Shown piece after piece: positions 33,445 through 42,948 of a stretch of DNA of 64,000 nt (within the stretch, counting starts at the first letter, position 1; every line of letters begins with the position of its first letter). Below the pieces are notes generated by a model. That model was given only the letters and a program-made list of their open reading frames with translations, was not told the DNA's origin and made no database searches. Origin of the DNA: an uncultured Gemmatimonadaceae bacterium (GTDB taxonomy: Bacteria; Gemmatimonadota; Gemmatimonadetes; Gemmatimonadales; Gemmatimonadaceae). The DNA lies in the NCBI GenBank assembly GCA_963790305.1, contig CAWBOC010000013.1, positions 1 through 64,000 of the forward strand, in the 5' to 3' direction. The position numbers and the translations under genes were made by a program.

Positions 33445-34230
33445 CGATCGACGTGCACACATGGATCGGGCCGTATCCGTTCCGGGACGTGCCCCATCCC
33501 GATCCGGAGGTCCTCGTCCGCGTGCTGGAGCGCGAGGGTGTGAACGGGGCATGGGTCGGCCATCTGCCGTCCGCGTTCTGGCGCGATCCGTCGACTGGCA
33601 ACGATGCGCTCGTTCGCGCGCTGGAGCGCTGGCCCGACGTCCTTCGTCCTGTTCCGTGCGTACGTCCCGATTGGCCGCAATGGGAGCGCTCATTGCGAGA
33701 CATTGCCGGCCGTGGCGTTCAGGCGGTGCGCGCCTATCCGCCGCAATGGGGTCTGTCCCCCCAGGACCGGTCGATGCTCGATCTCGCCGTTGCCTGCGGT
33801 GACCTGGGTGTGGTGCTCGTGCTCACGGCACGCTTCGAGGATCTACGACAGCGGCATTGGATGGACACCGCCGGCGACCTGAGCGGTGCGGCGATCCGAT
33901 CGATTGTGCGTGCCAGCGAGCGGGTGCACGTGATTGTGTGCGCGGCGGGGAGGGCCCTGATCGAGGAAGTTCATTGGGGGCTCACGCCGGGCGAGCGCGC
34001 GCGTATCTGGTGGGACATCTCGTGGCTGTGGGGACCGCCGGAGGATGACCTCGCGCATTCTGCTACGAACCTGCGGAGCCGAGCGGTTCGTATACGGCAG
34101 CGCGTGGCCGTTGCGTCTCACACAGACGCCGCGCGCAAACCTCGCGTTGCTTCCCGACGACCTCAGCGGGGCGACGCTGACGACCGCGAACGAGATCGCG
34201 AAGTCCGCGCAGTCGGCAGTGCGGACGTAG
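33441..34230 (+). CDS. Amidohydrolase-like protein (frameshift near 34060)
   Basis: IDVHTWIGPYPF; C-terminus GAERFVYGSAWPL in ORF 34045-34230. Confidence 0.75.
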
Positions 34231-34276
34231 GTCGGTGCGCTCTGAAATCCGACTTCTTCACGGTTCTCATAGACCC

Positions 34277-34342
34277 TTGCGAAGCGCCCGGAGATCAGAG
34301 CATTATACCCGCCGTTGAGTGGGCTTGTGAACAATTTCACAA
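34277..34342 (+). promoter_or_regulatory. Putative sigma70 promoter and perfect Rex-type operator upstream of actA
   Basis: TTGCGA(34277)-18 bp-CATTAT(34301); TTGTGAA-caat-TTCACAA at 34325-34342. Confidence 0.7.
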
Positions 34343-34375
34343 GACGTCGGCCTCCATCCACGCACCCTGCGCGCG

Positions 34376-34912
34376 ATGACGAATAGGAAGAAGTGGGCGG
34401 TGTACCCCGGGCTCCTCGCCCTGGCCGCCGCTGCCATCCTCCTTTCCGCCGTCAGCGGCGGGTCCACTCCGCAAGGCCGCGCCCCCGAACAGCCAATTCG
34501 CTTCCCGCACAATCCACACGTCGTGGCGCTGCAGATGAACTGTCTGTATTGCCACAACTCGGCGAACAAATCCCCGGATCCGGGGCTCCCCGCGGTCGGC
34601 ACGTGCATGGGGTGCCACACGATCGTCGGCGCGCGACGCCCGGACGGCACCGAGCGACCGGAAATCGCGAAGCTCCAGCAGTTCGCGACGAAGAATCAGC
34701 CGATTCCGTGGGTGCGCATTCACAAGGTCCCGGACTACGTGCAATTCCCGCACATGCGTCACGTGAACGCCGGCGTCACCTGTCAAACCTGTCACGGACA
34801 AGTGCAGGAGATGCTCCCCGTATACCAGCAGGAGTCGCTCAACATGGGGTGGTGCGTGAACTGTCACGTGCAGCGTCAGGTCCGCTACGACTGCAGCGTG
34901 TGTCACTACTGA
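34376..34912 (+). CDS. actA: Alternative complex III pentaheme cytochrome c
   Basis: Five CxxCH motifs (CLYCH, CMGCH, CQTCH, CVNCH, CSVCH); PEQPIRFPH and LNMGWC. Confidence 0.92.
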   Translation: MTNRKKWAVYPGLLALAAAAILLSAVSGGSTPQGRAPEQPIRFPHNPHVVALQMNCLYCHNSANKSPDPGLPAVGTCMGCHTIVGARRPDGTERPEIAKLQQFATKNQPIPWVRIHKVPDYVQFPHMRHVNAGVTCQTCHGQVQEMLPVYQQESLNMGWCVNCHVQRQVRYDCSVCHY

Positions 34913-34916
34913 CCCG

Positions 34917-37900
34917 ATGAGCGACACGACACAGCCCACGGGCGTTCGACGCCGCGAGTTCCTGAAGATCCTCGGTGTCACCGGCGCCGGGGCGGCTGCT
35001 GCGGGCTGCGGTCCGAGCGAAGCCGGACGCCTCATTCCCTACCTGGTCAGTCCGGACCAGACCGTTCCCGGCGTCTCGACATATTTCGCCACGACCTGTC
35101 GCGAGTGCGCCGCCGCATGCGGTGTCATCGCCGAGACACGCGACGGCCGCGCTATCAAGCTCGAGGGAAATCCAGAGCATCCGCTGAACCGGGGCGCTCT
35201 CTGCGCGCGGGGGCAGGCGGCGCTACAGGGACTGTACAACCCCGACCGCTACAATGGCCCACGCGTCCGTCGTGAGGGACGCCTCGTGGATATCACGTGG
35301 CCGGAGGCGGTGCAGCTGTTTCGCCAGCGGCTCGACGAGGCTCGGTCGAGCGGACGTGGAGGGGATGCCGTATTCCTCAACCGCCATGAGACGGGAAGCT
35401 TTCCATTCTTCCTCGATCAGTGGCTGAGCGCGATGGGGTTGGCGCCGCATCTCGCGGTCGATCCCCTGATGGATCACGCAGTCATCGCCGCCAATCGTGA
35501 GGCATACGGCGTTGCGTGGCCGTCCCTCTCGTTCGCCGATGCGCGGCTCATCGTCTCCATCGGCGCCGATTTCCTCGATGCGTGGGGCGCGAGCGTTCCA
35601 CAGCAGCTCGATTTCGCCGAGGCGCGGGCGAAAATGGCGGGCGCGCCTCGCTTCGTGTACATCGGCGCGCGCCGCTCTCTCACCGGCCTCAATGCCGATG
35701 AGTGGATCCCCGCGCGAAGCGGGAGCGAGCTCGTCGTCGCCAACGCGCTGCTCGCTGCGGTCCGTGGCGGCGGGCGAGCCGACATGGCGGGAGCCGCGAG
35801 CGCGGCGGATGTCCCGGTCGAGACGCTTCAGCGGTTAGGCGCCGAGCTGGCCGCCGCGCGCCCGAATCTCGTGATGTCCGGCGTGAGCACGGTCAACGCG
35901 CGCGAGGTCGCACGCGCCGTGAACGCGATCAATCAGGCGTCCGGAAACGTGGGAGTCACGATTCGGCCGGCGACGCCGATCAGCGCGTTCGAGGGCGCCG
36001 CCACGATCGCGGACATGAGTGCCGCACTCGAACGGATGCGAGGCGGACTCGTTCCACTGGTCATGCTTCGCGGGGTGAACCCGATGTTCACCATGCCGAA
36101 GTCGGCGCAGGTAGCCGAAGCGCTCGAGCGTGTGCCGTTCAAGGTGGCCTTTACCAGCTATCCCGACGAGACCGCCGAGCTGTGCGATCTCGTCCTCCCC
36201 GATCACCACCCACTCGAGTCGTGGGGAGACGCCCAGGCCACGCCTAACGTGGTGTCGCTGCAGCAGCCGGCGATGGATCCGGTGTTCCGCACGCGTGCAA
36301 CCGCGGACGTCCTGCTCGAGGTCGCTGCGGCGACGCCTCAGGCCGCTGGCCGGGTCACTGGCACGGATTATCGCTCCTGGCTGATCAGTCGGTTTCCCGG
36401 CGGCGGGACGGCATTCGCCACCGCGCTCGCGCGCGGCATAACGAGTGGAGCCACGGCGCGCCGCGCGCCGCGGGCGCCAACCCCCGCCGACGCGACGACG
36501 GTTCCCGCTCCCGTCGAAGGCGACGGCGACTTCATTCTCGTGGTCTATCCGTCGGCCGTGCTCGGGGCCGATGGTGCGAACAAGCCCTGGTTGCAGGAGC
36601 TGCCCGATCCCGTCAGCAAGATCTGCTGGCAGTCGTGGATCGAGATGCATCCCGAGACCGGCGCGCGGCTGGACATTCAGCCTGGTGACGTGATCGAGGT
36701 GCAGGGCGCCGGTGGCACCGTACGCGCGCCGGCGTACCTCTATCCGGGCATTCGCCGCGACACGGTCGCCATGGCATTCGGGCAGGGACACACAGCCTAC
36801 GGCCGATTCGCGAAAGATGTCGGCGCCAATCCGCTCGATGCGCTCAGCCTCGGCTTCGATCGCGGAGGGATGGCGGCATGGAGCGGCTCGCGGGTGCGCG
36901 TGAGAAAGGTCGGAGAGTACATGCAGCTGGTGACCACGGAGGGCTCGGCGCGCCAGCACGGGCGCGGTATCGGGCGTGCCCTGGCGGTCACCGAGCTGGG
37001 TGGCGCTGGCGCGGCAACCGGAGAAGAGCACGCTGCCGACGTTGCACCGCAGGGCACTGGCGAAGGGGGCGCGGGCGCGGCTGTGGGCCAACCAGCCGGT
37101 GCGCATGGTGGAGGGCACGCCATCCCCGGTGACGCCTCACACGAGCCGCTGCCCGGTCTTCGCGCGCCCATCGCCGCTGATGCCGAAGGTGCGCTGCGGA
37201 ATCCCAGGAAAAACGAGGTGGGTCTCTACGATCCGGAGCATCCGACGGGAATGGCGAAGCGCCGCTGGGCGATGACGGTCGACCTCGCCCGGTGTACGGG
37301 ATGTTCGGCGTGCGTCACCGCGTGCTACGCCGAGAACAACATTCCCACCGTCGGTGCGGCGTATCAGAGCGGACACACACAGGGACTGCCGCGAAGCGCC
37401 GGTGCGAACATCCTGCGCTCGCCGCGAGATGGCGTGGATACGGCTCGAGCGCTACTGGGAGGGCGACGAGAATACCGCCGACTTCGAGACGCGATTCGTC
37501 CCGATGCTCTGCCAGCACTGCGGCAACGCGCCATGTGAGCCGGTGTGCCCGGTGTTCGCGACGTACCACTCGCCCGACGGCTTGAACGTCCAGGTCTACA
37601 ATCGCTGCGTCGGCACGCGGTACTGCTCCAACAACTGTCCATACAAGGTCCGCTACTTCAACTGGTTCGGGTACGGCGAAACCAACCGCCCGCAATACGC
37701 GTGGCCGGAGCCGCTCAACTGGCAGCTCAATCCCGACGTCACCGTCCGCGGAAAGGGCGTGATGGAGAAGTGCACCTTCTGCGTGCAGCGCATCCGCGAA
37801 GCGGAGAATCGTGCACGCTCCGAAGGACGCGAGCTCGAGCCTGACGAGTTCACGGTCGCGTGCGCGCAGGCCTGCCCTTCGCGAGCAATCATGTTCGGCG

Positions 37901-38070
37901 ATGCCGCGGACGAGCGCTGGACCGTTGCGCGGCAGGTGCACGATGAGCGGGCGTACCATGTCTTCGAGGAGCTGAACACCTTCACCGCTGTGGTCTATTT
38001 GAAGAAGGTCACTCACCCGGCACCTGCTGCGCCGGGGGCGCCCGCGGCAGCCGCGCCGGCGGGCGGGTAG
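34917..38070 (+). CDS. actB: Alternative complex III molybdopterin-oxidoreductase-like/Fe-S fusion subunit (frameshift near 37420)
   Basis: Tat motif RRREFLK plus [61 protein letters not shown] and EKCTFC. Confidence 0.92.
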
Positions 38071-38080
38071 GAGGCGACAC

Positions 38081-39535
38081 ATGGCTAGCGTCGCCCGCCC
38101 AGTCGAGGAGATGCCGCGTCCGAACATCCCGTCGGCGAACATTCAGCTTCCCGCCGTTCGGAGCTACCAGCAGGTCAACGACGAGATCATCGCGACGCTC
38201 ACGCCGACCGTCGCCTGGTTCATCGGCCTCGGGATCGCGATCACCGCGCTGCTGATCGGGATCGGCACCTGGATTTATCAGATCTACATGGGCCTCGGCG
38301 TCGCCGGCTACAACCCGCCGGTGATGTGGGGCGTGTACATCATCACCTTCGTGTTCTGGGTCGGTATCGGGCACGCGGGCACGCTGATCTCCGCCATTCT
38401 CTATCTGTTCCGCGCCGGGTTCCGCACGACGATCTATCGATGCGCGGAAGCGATGACCGTCTTCGCCGTCATGACGGCGGGACTCTTCCCGATTCTGCAC
38501 CTCGGGCGGCCGTGGAAGTTCTTCTGGCTGATTCCATACCCGCACTGGCGCTTCATCTGGCCAAACTTCAAGAGTCCGCTGGTGTGGGACGTGTTCGCGA
38601 TCCTCACGTACCTCACCGTCTCGACGACGTTTTTGTACGTGGGACTTGTTCCGGACATAGCGGCGCTGCGCGATCGCGAGCTCAACCCCATTCGCAAGCG
38701 GATCTATTCGATCCTCTCGCTCGGGTGGCGAAACAGCGATCGCGAATGGCGCCACTTCACGCGCGCGTATCTGTTCCTCGCCGCGTTCTCGACACCGCTC
38801 GTGCTCTCCGTGCACTCGGTGGTGTCGTTCGACTTCGCGATGGCGCTCGTTCCCGGGTGGCACGCGACGATCTTCCCGCCGTACTTCGTCGCCGGGGCCA
38901 TCTTCTCCGGCATCGGGATGGTGTTCACGATCATCATCCCGCTGCGTCGGTGGTTTGGCCTGCGCCACTACGTGACGATCAATCATCTCGACGCCGCGGC
39001 CAAGCTGTGCCTCTTCACGTCGCTCGTGGTTGGCCTCGCGTATCTCACCGAGTTCTGGGTGGCGTGGTTCAGCGGCAACAAGGTCGAGCAGGAGTACTTC
39101 ATGAACCGCGTCTTCGGCCAGTGGTGGTGGGCCGCGTGGATCATGCTCACCTGCAACATGATCTTGCCGCTGACGCTGTTCTCGCAGCGGATGCGTCGCA
39201 ACACCACGTGGCTCTTCATCCTGAGCCTGTTCATCAATCTCGGGATGTGGTTCGAGCGCTTCGTGATCGTCGTGCCGTCACTCTCCCACGAGTTCGAGCC
39301 CTGGCAGTGGACGACGTATGCGCCCACATGGGTCGACTGGTCGATCCTGATGGGCAGCTTTGGCTGGTTCTCGATGTGGTTCCTGCTCTTCATCAAGCAG
39401 TTCCCGGTCATCGCGATCTCCGAGGTGAAGGAGATCGTCCCGCCGCGCCTGCGGACGCACGCGGCGACCACGGAGATCAACGTCTCGGGGCAGCACGTCG
39501 ACTACTCGCCTGAGACTCCCGGAGAACACGAGTAA
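38081..39535 (+). CDS. actC: Alternative complex III NrfD-type quinol-binding subunit
   Basis: FWVGIGHAGTLISAIL, HLGRPW, NFKSPLVWD and SVHSVVSFDFA motifs. Confidence 0.95.
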   Translation: MASVARPVEEMPRPNIPSANIQLPAVRSYQQVNDEIIATLTPTVAWFIGLGIAITALLIGIGTWIYQIYMGLGVAGYNPPVMWGVYIITFVFWVGIGHAGTLISAILYLFRAGFRTTIYRCAEAMTVFAVMTAGLFPILHLGRPWKFFWLIPYPHWRFIWPNFKSPLVWDVFAILTYLTVSTTFLYVGLVPDIAALRDRELNPIRKRIYSILSLGWRNSDREWRHFTRAYLFLAAFSTPLVLSVHSVVSFDFAMALVPGWHATIFPPYFVAGAIFSGIGMVFTIIIPLRRWFGLRHYVTINHLDAAAKLCLFTSLVVGLAYLTEFWVAWFSGNKVEQEYFMNRVFGQWWWAAWIMLTCNMILPLTLFSQRMRRNTTWLFILSLFINLGMWFERFVIVVPSLSHEFEPWQWTTYAPTWVDWSILMGSFGWFSMWFLLFIKQFPVIAISEVKEIVPPRLRTHAATTEINVSGQHVDYSPETPGEHE

Positions 39536-40035
39536 TGGCTGGCGTCCTTGGCGTGTTCCGCGAGCTCGATGCTGCTGTCGATGCCATCGCCGCCCTTCGT
39601 CAGGCGAAGGCGGGGTCGATCACCGTGTACAGTCCGACGCCGCGACACGAGTTCGAGCACGCGCTCGCGCACGGGCCAAGCGTCGTCAGGCGCTTCACGC
39701 TCATCGGCGGACTGCTCGGCGTCACCTTCGGCTTCTGGATCGCGATCTGGGTCTCCGAGTACTGGCCGATGGTGGTCGGCGGCAAACCCATTCCATCATG
39801 GGTCCCGTACACGATCATCGGGTTCGAGGTCATGGTGCTCGTCGGCGCGCTGTCGACCGTTTTCGGCATGTTCGCCGTGGCGCGGGTTCCGCGCCTGATG
39901 ATGACCGTTGGCTACGATGCGCGCTTCAGCGACGGCGATTACGGGATTTGGGTCGAGTGCCCGCCCGATCGCGAGGCGAAGGTGACGCAGGTGCTGCAGG
40001 AGAACGGAGCGGCGGAGGTGCGGCGTGAGCGCTGA
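39535..40035 (+). CDS. actD: Alternative complex III subunit D (DUF3341)
   Basis: YSPTP, WPMVVGGKP, FEVMVL and YDARFS motifs; operon position. Confidence 0.9.
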   Translation: MAGVLGVFRELDAAVDAIAALRQAKAGSITVYSPTPRHEFEHALAHGPSVVRRFTLIGGLLGVTFGFWIAIWVSEYWPMVVGGKPIPSWVPYTIIGFEVMVLVGALSTVFGMFAVARVPRLMMTVGYDARFSDGDYGIWVECPPDREAKVTQVLQENGAAEVRRER

Positions 40036-40834
40036 GCATCGAATGCGGAAGGCGGAAGACGGAATGCGGGACGCCGGGAGACTCCGCGTCGCGCTCGACG
40101 CATCTCGTCGTCCGTCATTCCGCATTCCGGTTTCCGCATTCGCGTTCGTTCTCGCCGGGTGTCCTTGGTTCACCACCTTCTCCGACCAGCCTCGACAGGA
40201 GCCGTGGGAGCAGCAGTGGAGCGACACGGTGACGTGGCTTGGCGTGCGGCCCGAGAGCCTGCCTCCGCGCGGGAATCCACAGTTTTCCGTTCCTATCTAT
40301 GGCACCACCGTCGCCGCGTTCGTGATCTCGAGTCAGCCCACACCCGCGGCGCTCGACTCCCTCGCGCTGCTGCCGAACCCGACGCCGGTGTCGGACAGCT
40401 CTCTCGCCAACGGGCGCCGCCACTATCAGATCAATTGCGCGGTGTGCCACGGAGCGGCGGGGGCAGGAGACGGTCCGGTGACGCGCTACGGTTTGCCGGC
40501 GCCATCGCTGGTCGCCGACATCACGAAGAATCGCAGCGATGGCTACATCTACGGTGTCATTCGCAACGGCCGCGGTCTCATGCCTCCATACAACCGGGTG
40601 GAGGACATGGATCGGTGGGACGTCGTCAACTATCTACGCGGCCTGCAGGGGCGTCTCGGGGCCCCGGTGTCGACTGAGCCCGCCGGGCAGCCGGGCGAGA
40701 ACGGTCCCGCGGTGCCCACGCATTCGCTGACAGCCCCCACGCGACCGGTGCCCTTTGCGCGCCCGACGGCGGCGCCGAGAGAAGCGCCATCGGACACGAC
40801 GGCGGCTGCCGCGCCGCCCGGAGCGCATCGATGA
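40025..40834 (+). CDS. actE: Alternative complex III monoheme cytochrome c lipoprotein
   Basis: LAGC lipobox, CAVCHG, DGYIYGVIRNGRGLMP and DRWDVVNYLR. Confidence 0.88.
   Translation: MSAEHRMRKAEDGMRDAGRLRVALDASRRPSFRIPVSAFAFVLAGCPWFTTFSDQPRQEPWEQQWSDTVTWLGVRPESLPPRGNPQFSVPIYGTTVAAFVISSQPTPAALDSLALLPNPTPVSDSSLANGRRHYQINCAVCHGAAGAGDGPVTRYGLPAPSLVADITKNRSDGYIYGVIRNGRGLMPPYNRVEDMDRWDVVNYLRGLQGRLGAPVSTEPAGQPGENGPAVPTHSLTAPTRPVPFARPTAAPREAPSDTTAAAAPPGAHR
40041..40141. repeat. Family A hairpin element inside the actE 5' coding region, copy A4
   Basis: gaatgcg-gaaggcg-gaagacg-gaatgcg...gtcattc-cgcattc-cggtttc-cgcattc. Confidence 0.85.
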
Positions 40835-42156
40835 GCGCGCATCACGACGCGCACGTGCTCACGCGCGAGGAGATCCTCAGCGCGACCGATCGCCCGATCG
40901 GGCGCGGAGTGAAGCTCCTCAGCGTCATCCTCGCGATTCTCGGCGCGGTCGTCTTTCTGTTCGGGGCGATTCAGGGCGAGAACCGCGCGTGGCAAGCGCT
41001 GCATGTGAACTGGCTGTTCTTCGTCTCGGTGTCACAGGCCGCCATCGTCTTCGTTGCCGTTCAGCGCATCACCACCGCGCGCTGGTCGCGCCCCGTGGTG
41101 CGCTTTCTCGAAGGGTACGTCGCCTTTCTTCCCGTGGCGTTCCTTCTTCTGGTGCTGATCTTCCTCGGCCGGCACCACATCTTCCCGTGGACGCACGAGG
41201 CTCCACCGGTGCCGGAGAAGGTCCTGTGGTTCGATCCCGCCTTCCTCATCGGCCGGGATCTGGTGGCCTTCGGCATTCTCGTGCTGCTGAGCGTGTGGTA
41301 CATCTACACCTCCGTTCGCCTCAATGTCGGCCGTTCGCAGGAGGCGGGTGCGCGGTGGGCTCGCGGCCTTCGCGACCGCATGCGCCGAGGGTTCGGCGAC
41401 GAGCGTCGGGAGATTCACACGACGCATTCGCGACAGGGACGGCTGGCCGTGTTCCTGTGCCTCGCATTCGGCTTCTTCATGTCGCTGCTGTCGTGGGATC
41501 TCTCCATGACGCTCGACATGCATTTCCAGAGCACGCTCTACTCGTGGTGGTTCTTCATGGGTGGGTGGCTCGGCGCCCTCATGAGCTGGGCACTCCTGAC
41601 AATGTGGTGGCGGCGGCACCTGAACGCGTACGACCTCATTACCGAACATCACTTCCACGATCTCGGAAAGCTGTGCTTCGCGTTCACCGCCTTCTGGGGC
41701 TACCTCACCTTCGGCCAGTACCTCGTGATCTGGTACGGCAACATGGGGGAAGAGACGCACTGGGCGCGGCTGCGCCTCATCGCGCCGTGGCTGAAGTTCA
41801 CGCTGCCCGTGGTCTTCCTGGTGTTCGTACTCCCGTTCTTCGGACTCCTCTCGCGCGCCGCGAAGGTGTACCTGCCCACGCTCGTGATCTTCGCGCTCTG
41901 CAGTCTGGTCGGGCTCTGGCTCCTGCGGTACGTCGAGGTGTACCCGTCTCTGCATTACGAGTCGGCGCACGCGCCGTTCGGGCTCTACGAGATCGGAGTG
42001 ACGCTCGGCTACCTCGGATTGTGGGGCCTCTGCTATTCGGCATTCATGGATGCCTTCCCGCGGATGCGGGTCACGCTGCTCACGTCCCCCTACCGCGATC
42101 AGGTGCAGGTGCCGTTCGATCCGGAGACCATGGAGACGATGCCGGCGCACGAATAG
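40831..42156 (+). CDS. actF: Alternative complex III subunit F
   Basis: Polytopic membrane protein; WDLSMTLD.HFQST, HFHDLGKL and QYLVIWYGNMGEE motifs. Confidence 0.9.
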   Translation: MSAHHDAHVLTREEILSATDRPIGRGVKLLSVILAILGAVVFLFGAIQGENRAWQALHVNWLFFVSVSQAAIVFVAVQRITTARWSRPVVRFLEGYVAFLPVAFLLLVLIFLGRHHIFPWTHEAPPVPEKVLWFDPAFLIGRDLVAFGILVLLSVWYIYTSVRLNVGRSQEAGARWARGLRDRMRRGFGDERREIHTTHSRQGRLAVFLCLAFGFFMSLLSWDLSMTLDMHFQSTLYSWWFFMGGWLGALMSWALLTMWWRRHLNAYDLITEHHFHDLGKLCFAFTAFWGYLTFGQYLVIWYGNMGEETHWARLRLIAPWLKFTLPVVFLVFVLPFFGLLSRAAKVYLPTLVIFALCSLVGLWLLRYVEVYPSLHYESAHAPFGLYEIGVTLGYLGLWGLCYSAFMDAFPRMRVTLLTSPYRDQVQVPFDPETMETMPAHE

Positions 42157-42170
42157 GAACGGCCAAAGAC

Positions 42171-42282
42171 GTCAGGGGTCAGGAGTCAGGGTTCAGGGGG
42201 GCCAGCGATGAGGTGGCAGGGGACGCGCATTCTCTCCTGAAACCTATGCCCTGACACCCCATGATCCCTGACTCTTGACCCC
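42171..42282. repeat. Family D hairpin element, (GTCAGGR)n...(YCCTGAC)n, copy D1
   Basis: gtcaggg-gtcagga-gtcaggg-ttcaggg...ccctgacacccc-atgatccctgactcttgacccc; between convergent genes. Confidence 0.8.
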
Positions 42283-42315
42283 CGTTGACTCAGCCGTTGA
42301 CCTAACGAGCTACCG

Positions 42316-42771
42316 TCAACTTCCGCCGAGCATCTTCTCCAACGCGGCTAACGGCACCGCCCCCGCCTGCTGGGCAACGGCTTTCCCCTCTCGGAAGACC
42401 ATTACCGTGGGAATACTGCGGATGTCGAACTTCTGCGCCGTCCGCGGCGAGGCGTCGGTGTCGAGCTTCGCGATCAAGGCGCGCCCGGTCATCTTCGACG
42501 CGAGCTGGTCGACGAACGGCGCCATCATCTTGCACGGGCCGCACCAGTCCGCGTAGAAGTCGACGAGGACGGGGAGCTCCGCGCTCTCGACCGTGCGGTC
42601 GAACGTGTCATCGGTGAGCTTGAGCGGTCGGTCGAGAAGAATTGGACGGGCGCACTTGCCGCACTTGGGGCGGTCGGCTGCCCGAGCGGCGTCGATGCGA
42701 TTCCACGTCTGGCAGAATTGGCACTGGATGGTGAGCGTGGGGCTTTGTTTTTCAGTCGTCGTCGCGGTCAT
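42316..42771 (-). CDS. trxC: Thioredoxin 2 (Zn-binding N-terminus)
   Basis: CQFC...CGKC zinc motif and WCGPC active site. Confidence 0.9.
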   Translation of the reverse strand: MTATTTEKQSPTLTIQCQFCQTWNRIDAARAADRPKCGKCARPILLDRPLKLTDDTFDRTVESAELPVLVDFYADWCGPCKMMAPFVDQLASKMTGRALIAKLDTDASPRTAQKFDIRSIPTVMVFREGKAVAQQAGAVPLAALEKMLGGS

Positions 42772-42875
42772 GGATCTCTCCGGGATACCGTGGCTACCAG
42801 ACGAACGCGCTCACCGCCAGTCGTGTGCCGAGGCTGCTGGAACGCCCCGACGGCACCGTTTATCTTTCTTCGCAG

Positions 42876-42948
42876 GGGGCGTTAGCTCAGCTGGGAGAGC
42901 ATTCGGTTTGCAACCGAAAGGTCGCGAGTTCGAGCCTCGCACGCTCCA
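42876..42948 (+). tRNA. tRNA-Ala(UGC), CCA not encoded
   Basis: Acceptor GGGGCGT/ACGCTCC with G3:U70; D-arm GCTC/GAGC; anticodon arm TTCGG-TTTGCAA-CCGAA; T-arm GCGAG-TTCGAGC-CTCGC. Confidence 0.95.
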
